Shown in pieces: positions 58,120 through 64,000 of a stretch of 64,000 nucleotides of DNA; positions within the stretch are counted from its first letter, which is position 1; every line of letters begins with the position of its first letter. The DNA is from Longimicrobiales bacterium (GTDB lineage: Bacteria; Gemmatimonadota; Gemmatimonadetes; Longimicrobiales; Gaopeijiaceae), in contig CBDBCF010000001.1 in the NCBI GenBank assembly GCA_965202985.1, positions 512,001 through 576,000 on the forward strand, written 5' to 3'. The notes beneath the pieces are model-generated. The model had not been told where the DNA came from. It searched no databases and was given only the letters and a program-made list of their open reading frames with translations. Position numbers and translations under genes: made by a program.

Positions 58120-60110
58120 TGCGGGCGCTCCCAGCGCTCCCGATTCTCCCGGCCCTCTTCTCCGTCCAGCATCCCCAGGTCCCGCACCGTCTCGACGATG
58201 CGCACGAACTCGCCCCGGTATCCGCGCGGGTCCGCGCCCTTGCTCGCTCCCGCCAACCGGATCACGTCGTCCAAGGTGTAGTCGGCCGAATGGGGCGACT
58301 CGCGCAACAGCATCCCGAAGCCGGCGACGGCCGCGGCAAAGCGAAAGTCGTCGGACGGCGAACCCGCCTCGGCGTCCACGGGCTGGGCCAGCAGCTTGCT
58401 GGCGGTTTCGTCCGGCTCCTTGTAGCGCACCTTCACGTAGAGAAGTTCGCCGTCGAAGGCGGTCGGGGCGCCCTCCGATTCCCCCGTGCCCCGCGACTCC
58501 CCGCTCCCTCGCCCCGGCTGGTAGCGCAGCGGCTCGGCGGTTCCGCCCCTGGGGACCTCCATTCCGGCGGGCACGACCTCGTACAGGGCGGTCACGGTGT
58601 GGCCGGCGCCCAGCTCGCCGGCGTCCTTGGCGTCGTCGGCAAAGTCTTCGTCGTCCAGAAGTCGGTTCTCGTAGCCGATCAGGCGGTAGCCGGCGGCCTG
58701 GGCCGGGTTGAACTCGACTTGCAGCTTTACGTCCTTGGCCAGGGTCAGCAGCGTGCCGCCCATCTCTTCGACCAGCACCTTGCGCGCTTCCAGCAGGTTG
58801 TCCAGATAGTGAAAGTTGCCGTTTCCGTGGTCGGCGATCTGCTCCATCTTCGAGTCCTTCAGGTTGCCCGTGCCGAAACCGAGCACCGTCAGGAAGACGC
58901 CGTCGTCCCGCTGCTTCTCGATCAGCTGCACCATCTCGGCGTCGCTGGACGCGCCCACGTTGAAGTCGCCGTCCGTAGCCAGGATTACGCGGTTGTTGCC
59001 GCCCTCCACGAAGTGCTTGCGCGCCACGTCGTACGCCAAGCGAATCCCCTCGCCGCCCGCCGTGCTGCCGCCCGCGCGCAAGTCCTCCAGCGCCGCCAGG
59101 ATTTCGCCCCGCTGGTTGCCCGGCGTTGAAGGCAGCGCCAGCCCCGCCGCGCCCGCGTACACGGCAATCGCCACGCGGTCGCTGGGGCGCAGCTGCTCCA
59201 CCAACAGCGCGAACGCCTTCTTGAGCAGCGGCAGCTTGTCCAGCGACGCCATCGACCCCGACACGTCCAGCAGGAAGACCAAGTTGCTGGGCGGCAAATG
59301 CGCCGTCTCGACCGCACGCGCGCGCAGACCGATCCGCACCAGTCGATGCTCCGGCTTCCAAGGCGCGTGCCACACCTCCGTGGTCACGGCGAAGGGGTGT
59401 TCGCCGAACAGGGATTCCGTCCGCCCCCAGTCGTAGGGGAAGTAGTTGATCATCTCCTCGATGCGCACGGCGTCCACAGGCGGGCGTTCACCGGACTGGA
59501 CGAAGCGCCGGACGTTGGCGTACGAAGCCCGGTCCACATCGATCGAGAAGGTGGAGAGGGGCGACGTGGCGACGCGCTGGAAGTCGTTCTCGCGGATGTG
59601 CGCGTAGGACTCGGTGTTGAAACCGGGCGGCGGCGCCCACGAAATGCCCATCGACCGCGCCAGCATCCGGGGCTGGCCAGCGGCTTCCGGCGCGACGACG
59701 GCCTCGTGCATGGCGGCGCCCGGCCCCCCCGGCATCAGCGCGAACGACACTAACGCGGTCTGGCCGGCGACGACGGTCACCGCCTCCTGCCCGGACACGT
59801 ATCCCGACGCGCGCGCCTCCAGCACGTGCTGTCCCGCCGGGACGCGGCGCAGGCCGAAGCGGCCTGAAGGTCCCGCCTGCACGCTGGTCCCCGTGCCCAC
59901 CAGCACGACCTCCGCGTTGGCCACCGGGAGGCCGGTGACGGCGTCGGTCACCTCGCCTTCGACGATGCCGGTCTGGGCACCGGCGTGAGCCGGGGACGCC
60001 GCCGCCAGCAAGGCAAGCAGGCAGGCGAGGCGGGCCAGCGCAAGCCACGGGGCCGGCGCCGCAGCGGCAAGGCGCGTGGACTGGGCGTTTCCGGCATCGA
60101 TGCGTGTCAT
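58116..60110 (-). CDS. YfbK-like VWA-domain protein with N-terminal carboxypeptidase-regulatory-like domain
   Basis: STFSIDVDRASY, VRIEEMINYF, FLLDVSGSM, RVILATDGDFNVG, YRLIGYENR, DAGELGAGH. Confidence 0.92.
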   Translation of the reverse strand: MTRIDAGNAQSTRLAAAAPAPWLALARLACLLALLAAASPAHAGAQTGIVEGEVTDAVTGLPVANAEVVLVGTGTSVQAGPSGRFGLRRVPAGQHVLEARASGYVSGQEAVTVVAGQTALVSFALMPGGPGAAMHEAVVAPEAAGQPRMLARSMGISWAPPPGFNTESYAHIRENDFQRVATSPLSTFSIDVDRASYANVRRFVQSGERPPVDAVRIEEMINYFPYDWGRTESLFGEHPFAVTTEVWHAPWKPEHRLVRIGLRARAVETAHLPPSNLVFLLDVSGSMASLDKLPLLKKAFALLVEQLRPSDRVAIAVYAGAAGLALPSTPGNQRGEILAALEDLRAGGSTAGGEGIRLAYDVARKHFVEGGNNRVILATDGDFNVGASSDAEMVQLIEKQRDDGVFLTVLGFGTGNLKDSKMEQIADHGNGNFHYLDNLLEARKVLVEEMGGTLLTLAKDVKLQVEFNPAQAAGYRLIGYENRLLDDEDFADDAKDAGELGAGHTVTALYEVVPAGMEVPRGGTAEPLRYQPGRGSGESRGTGESEGAPTAFDGELLYVKVRYKEPDETASKLLAQPVDAEAGSPSDDFRFAAAVAGFGMLLRESPHSADYTLDDVIRLAGASKGADPRGYRGEFVRIVETVRDLGMLDGEEGRENRERWERPQ

Positions 60111-60222
60111 GGTTCTTACCCTTCCGTCGCAGAAATGGAACAAATTGTCGGGTAGCCGAGTACTCCCTGTTTGTTGCCACGCGAACCGGGCATCGTTGCC
60201 CGTCCCCAACAAGGAGATTCCC

Positions 60223-60819
60223 ATGCTGACGAAGAAAACGCCAGCCCGCCCCGCCCTCGGCGCGACTCTGGCCACCGCACTCGCCGCCCTGCTGGCACTC
60301 CCGCTCTTGCCCGGCGCGGTCGTCGGCCAGACTACGGACGGCGCCGTCACCAAGGACCCCACGCCGATCGCGCGCGCCGCGACCGGGACCTACTTCCACG
60401 CCAGCTTCGGCGCGACCTCGTTGATGGGCTACGACGACGGATACGCCCTGACCGCCGGGCTCGGCGACTACGCCGTCTTCAACCGCTTCCGCGGCGAAGC
60501 GGAGCTGTCGTTGACGTCCATGTCGAGCGTCAGCGCGCTGACGGCGACGGCCAACGCCTACTACGACTACCACAACCGCACCGCGTGGACACCGTTCGTC
60601 GGATTGGGCGTCGGCATCGGGTCCGAAGCGTACTCCGGCGGCGGGGGCCGCGGATGGAGCGAGCCGGCGTACAGCAGACTCCATGGCACGATCCACGGCA
60701 ACCTGGGCGTGGCTTACGCGGCTACCGACGACCTGACGGCGCAATTGGCACTTCGGGCGTTCGGCGGGCCGGGGACCGAACGGGGTTGGGTCCAGATGGG
60801 CGTGCGCCTCAACCGCTGA
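60223..60819 (+). CDS. Small outer-membrane beta-barrel protein, paralog 1
   Basis: AAGGAG RBS, signal peptide, FRGEAELS, ANAYYDY, TPFVGLGVG, C-term GVRLNR. Confidence 0.8.
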   Translation: MLTKKTPARPALGATLATALAALLALPLLPGAVVGQTTDGAVTKDPTPIARAATGTYFHASFGATSLMGYDDGYALTAGLGDYAVFNRFRGEAELSLTSMSSVSALTATANAYYDYHNRTAWTPFVGLGVGIGSEAYSGGGGRGWSEPAYSRLHGTIHGNLGVAYAATDDLTAQLALRAFGGPGTERGWVQMGVRLNR

Positions 60820-60926
60820 CCCCGCTCGCCAACACTCGCCAAGACAACCCGCCAAGCGTCCGAATGCGTCGCAACTGCTAGGGCGATTGTGCTTCGCCGT
60901 CGCCCGTCCCGACAAAGGAGACTCCC

Positions 60927-61556
60927 ATGCTGACGAAGAAAACGCCGGCCCGCCCGACGCGCGCCGCCCTTCCCGCACTCGCCGCCTTGCTGGCCCTCCC
61001 GCTCTTGCCCGGCGCGGCCGTCGGCCAGTCCGCGGACGGCGCCGTCACCAAGGACCCCACCCCTGTCGCGCACACCGCCACCGGGAACTACTTCCGGGTC
61101 GGCTTGGGCATGACCTCGTTGGTCCGGTACGACGAGGGAATCGCCCTGATCGCCGCACTCGGCGACCACGCCGTCTTCGACCGCTTCCGGGGCGAGGTGG
61201 AGCTGTCGTTCGCGTCCGTGTCCGGCATCGGGTTCTGCGAGGAGTTCCGATGCTACGAGAACGGTGTCCGCACGTTGGCGCTGACGGCCAACGCCTACTA
61301 CGACTACCACAACCGCACCGCGTGGACGCCGTTTGTAGGATTGGGCGTCGGCATCGAGTCCGAAGCGTACTCCGGCGGCTGGGACCGTGGATGGCGCCAA
61401 CGGGCGCACAGCCAGTTCCAGGGCCGAGTCCACGGCAACCTGGGCGTCGCCTACGCGGCCACGGACGACTTGGCCGTGCAACTGGCGTGGCGGGCGTTCG
61501 GTCAGACGGGGGCCGACCAAGGCTGGCTCCACTTGGGAGTGCGCCTCAACCGCTGA
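60927..61556 (+). CDS. Small outer-membrane beta-barrel protein, paralog 2
   Basis: Tandem paralog of 60223-60819 with the same RBS, signal and strands. Confidence 0.8.
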   Translation: MLTKKTPARPTRAALPALAALLALPLLPGAAVGQSADGAVTKDPTPVAHTATGNYFRVGLGMTSLVRYDEGIALIAALGDHAVFDRFRGEVELSFASVSGIGFCEEFRCYENGVRTLALTANAYYDYHNRTAWTPFVGLGVGIESEAYSGGWDRGWRQRAHSQFQGRVHGNLGVAYAATDDLAVQLAWRAFGQTGADQGWLHLGVRLNR

Positions 61557-61599
61557 CCGGCTCTTGGCGCAGGTCGCCCGGGCGCAGGCGCTCCGCCGC

Positions 61600-62907
61600 C
61601 TACCTGCACGCCTCCGTTTGCGGCAGCACGCGGGCGAACGCCGGCGCGGCCCCGCCGGTTCCGGGCTCGAAGTATCCCACGTGTTCCAGCATGAAGCGCC
61701 GGATCGCGCGGGCGGCCTTGGCGGCGTAGGCGCGTCGGTTCTCGTGCGTGTCGCGCAGGCCGGCGAAGTGGTGCTCGAGCTGAATGCCGCTGACGAGTTC
61801 GCCGTCGTCCATCGAGCCGTGGCGGCGCGTGCCGTATCCGCCTCGGAAGTAGGCCGTTCCCCTGGGCGAAGGGTCCGCCGGACTGGGAATCGACGGCAAA
61901 CCCTCTTCTTGCAGGAGCCCTCCGAACGACGTGGCGCCGCGTAGTAGTTCGGAGAACGGCAGCGGCGAGTCGCGCCCCAGCTCCCGGATGCTCGTGCAGC
62001 GCACCACGGCCAGCGAGTTGAGCGCGGCGTCGGGCCGGTCGAGCTGCTCGGCGGTCAGCAGGTAGCCCAGCTCGATGCGGTCGATGTCGTGCGCATGGCC
62101 GTGGATGTCCAGGTACAGCCCCTCGCCGGCGGGGTGCCAAACGGCGGTGCGCGCGATTTCGGTGAACTCGTGGAACTCCCGCCAGGCCTGTTCCGCGTAG
62201 GCGTTTCCCTGCGCGGCCTCTTCGATCTCCCGGTTGGGGTCCAGCTTGATCCTGTGCAGGTGCGACAGGACCACGTGCGGCGCGAACCCCGTCAGCTCCA
62301 CAAGCGCGTCGGCCATGGCGACGGCGAGTTCCAACGTGTTGCGGTCGGCGCGGACGACGCCGTAGCTGCGGTCGGGCGTCTCGCGGGGAAGAAGCGTGCC
62401 CCCGTGCGAGGCCGCCAGGATCACGGGCAGCCGGCCGGGCACGTACTCCACGTACCGCCGACGCCCGAAGTAGCGACGACCGGGCTCGTAGCGCGCGACC
62501 CGATCGGGCACGTAGACCTCCACCCGCGCCGTCCCGCGAACACCCTCCGCCTCCGCGGTCACCGTGGTGGCGCCGCTGGAGACGCCCGTGGCTTGGCCGG
62601 CCGCCGCCCCCGCCGTCGCGACCCTCGCCACGTCCGGGTCGGCCACGGACCACTCGACCGCCGCCTGCACGCGCCTCCCCCCGTCGTCCAGCACCACCGC
62701 CTCGAAGCGCGTCGCCGCGCCGGCCCCCACGATCAGCGCCTCCGCCGGCTCCACCTGCACAGACGCCACGACCGGCCCGGCAGCGCCCCCGCTCCCACCG
62801 CCCCCGCCGCACGAGACCACCAAGCAGACGGCGACCAGGCACAGGGCGGCCAAGCACGAGGGAGCCGCGGACCAAGTCCGCCGGTCCGGCCGCCAAGGTT
62901 CGGTCAT
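61600..62907 (-). CDS. Lipoprotein: Ig-like (Big_2) domain + N-formylglutamate amidohydrolase-like Zn hydrolase
   Basis: LVVSC lipobox; WSVADPDVARV; AASHGG, LHRIKLDPNR, LDIHGH, YFRGGY, GIQLEH. Confidence 0.75.
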   Translation of the reverse strand: MTEPWRPDRRTWSAAPSCLAALCLVAVCLVVSCGGGGGSGGAAGPVVASVQVEPAEALIVGAGAATRFEAVVLDDGGRRVQAAVEWSVADPDVARVATAGAAAGQATGVSSGATTVTAEAEGVRGTARVEVYVPDRVARYEPGRRYFGRRRYVEYVPGRLPVILAASHGGTLLPRETPDRSYGVVRADRNTLELAVAMADALVELTGFAPHVVLSHLHRIKLDPNREIEEAAQGNAYAEQAWREFHEFTEIARTAVWHPAGEGLYLDIHGHAHDIDRIELGYLLTAEQLDRPDAALNSLAVVRCTSIRELGRDSPLPFSELLRGATSFGGLLQEEGLPSIPSPADPSPRGTAYFRGGYGTRRHGSMDDGELVSGIQLEHHFAGLRDTHENRRAYAAKAARAIRRFMLEHVGYFEPGTGGAAPAFARVLPQTEACR

Positions 62908-63515
62908 GCCCCCGAGTCTTGCCCGTCCTCCGCGGGGTCTCCCCCCGGCTCCCGCCCCGGCGGATACCAGCAGTCCTCGGTGCGGCTCGTGTCCACCAGC
63001 TGCGTGACCTGCCAACCCGCGTCGGGGGTCTTGTAGAGCTCGAAGGCGTCGGTGCCGCAGTGCGAGAACTCGCCGTCCAGGTAGAAGGCGTACTTGGTCC
63101 ACATCTGGGCCAGCCGCCCGTCCACGTGAACGGCCCAGTCCCAGATCGGCTCTTCCCAGACCTGCTCCTTGTCCCTGCCGATCGCCGACACGATCCCGTC
63201 GGCGGACGAGAAGCTGATGCCGCTGTCGTTGGCGCGTCCCAGCCGGGCCTCGGGGTGGAAAACCGACGCGGCCATCTCGCCGTCGTTGGCGTTCATGGCG
63301 TCGAAGAGCCGCTGGACCACGGCGACCACGGCCGCTTCCTCTTCGGCGGGCGTCTGGGGGGCCGGGTGGGCGGCAAGCTCGGCCGGCGGCAGCGCGACGG
63401 CCAGCGAGTTCTCGACGGACGGCGGCGTCTCGACGGACGGCGAAACCACGGCCGCGCCGGCGACAAGGGCGGTTGCGGCCACGGCCGCGGCAACAGCGAG
63501 CGAGGCAGTCTTCAT
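62904..63515 (-). CDS. Secreted NTF2/SnoaL-like protein
   Basis: VVQRLFDAM...VHVDGRLAQMWTKYAFYLDGEFSHCGTDAFEL...GWQVTQLVDT. Confidence 0.85.
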   Translation of the reverse strand: MKTASLAVAAAVAATALVAGAAVVSPSVETPPSVENSLAVALPPAELAAHPAPQTPAEEEAAVVAVVQRLFDAMNANDGEMAASVFHPEARLGRANDSGISFSSADGIVSAIGRDKEQVWEEPIWDWAVHVDGRLAQMWTKYAFYLDGEFSHCGTDAFELYKTPDAGWQVTQLVDTSRTEDCWYPPGREPGGDPAEDGQDSGA

Positions 63516-63704
63516 TGGGCGGAATCTCCTTGTTGTCCTTGGGGATGAGCGCCGCGAACGGGCCAGTCCGGCCCAGCCGGAGCAGCGGTCGCTCGGGAAG
63601 ACTCATTATAGCGAGGGAACATTTTCGGTCGAGCTGGGTATAACCGTCATGGGGGGCGGCGTGCCGCCCCATCGGTACCCCACTCCAACATGGAGATCAC
63701 GACC

Positions 63705-64000
63705 ATGGAGAACACCGACATCGACAGCCGACCCGACGCCGCCTGGGAGGTCCTGGGCACCTTGGTCCGCCGGCACAACCCGGTGCTGATCCGCGTCGCC
63801 CAGTCCTTCGCCGGCCCCAGCGTCGAAGCGGAGGACATCGTTCAAGAGGCGCTGATCGTCGCACACAACAGCTTCGGCGAACTCCGGAACACGGACAATC
63901 CGCTGCCCTGGCTCAAGAAGATCGTCAGGAACACGGGCCTGGAAGTCTCCAGAAAGCGGAAGCGCCGCGCGGAAGCCCGGAAGAAATGGGCGGCGAAGGC
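63705..64000 (+). CDS. ECF-type sigma-70 factor, 5' part (runs off the window)
   Basis: Hand translation: LGTLVRRHNPVLIRVA...EAEDIVQEALI...WLKKIVRN (region 2); start 63705 or 63690. Confidence 0.8.
   Translation, partial: MENTDIDSRPDAAWEVLGTLVRRHNPVLIRVAQSFAGPSVEAEDIVQEALIVAHNSFGELRNTDNPLPWLKKIVRNTGLEVSRKRKRRAEARKKWAAK

Overview
A GC-rich bacterial window. Gene content (sortilin/BNR hydrolase, M14 peptidase, 6-bladed propeller lipoproteins, Ig-repeat/M8 peptidase, giant repeat autotransporter) suggests a Gemmatimonadota-like, possibly host-associated organism; this is inference only. Positions 1-21 kb are a defence island built around an unusual type I restriction-modification locus on the minus strand: hsdM, a HEPN RNase, an MNT::hsdS fusion, about 5 kb of cargo (frameshifted DUF2513-like gene, IS21 debris, Mrr-like nuclease-TPR gene), then hsdR. 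The hsdR gene is missing from the ORF track because it runs off the left edge. Translated by hand, it carries an in-frame LexA/cI-type S24 autopeptidase domain (Ala-Gly site, Ser-Lys dyad) between its nuclease and helicase domains. This is the top candidate for an undescribed system, alongside the HEPN/MNT toxin-antitoxin tethered to HsdS. The island also holds radC and phd relics, an Rpn gene with a probable internal antitoxin start plus a degenerate copy, a DUF4143 ATPase and an Avs/STAND-like protein. The remainder encodes exported hydrolases, surface proteins with recent repeat expansions, an ARPP-1 protein, a hipBA-like pair, a C5-MTase + GHKL-nuclease type II RM pair, a multicopper oxidase operon, tandem OMP paralogs and a partial ECF sigma factor. 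I recognised no rRNA, tRNA or CRISPR array. All assignments are from motif recognition by eye; no database searches were run.
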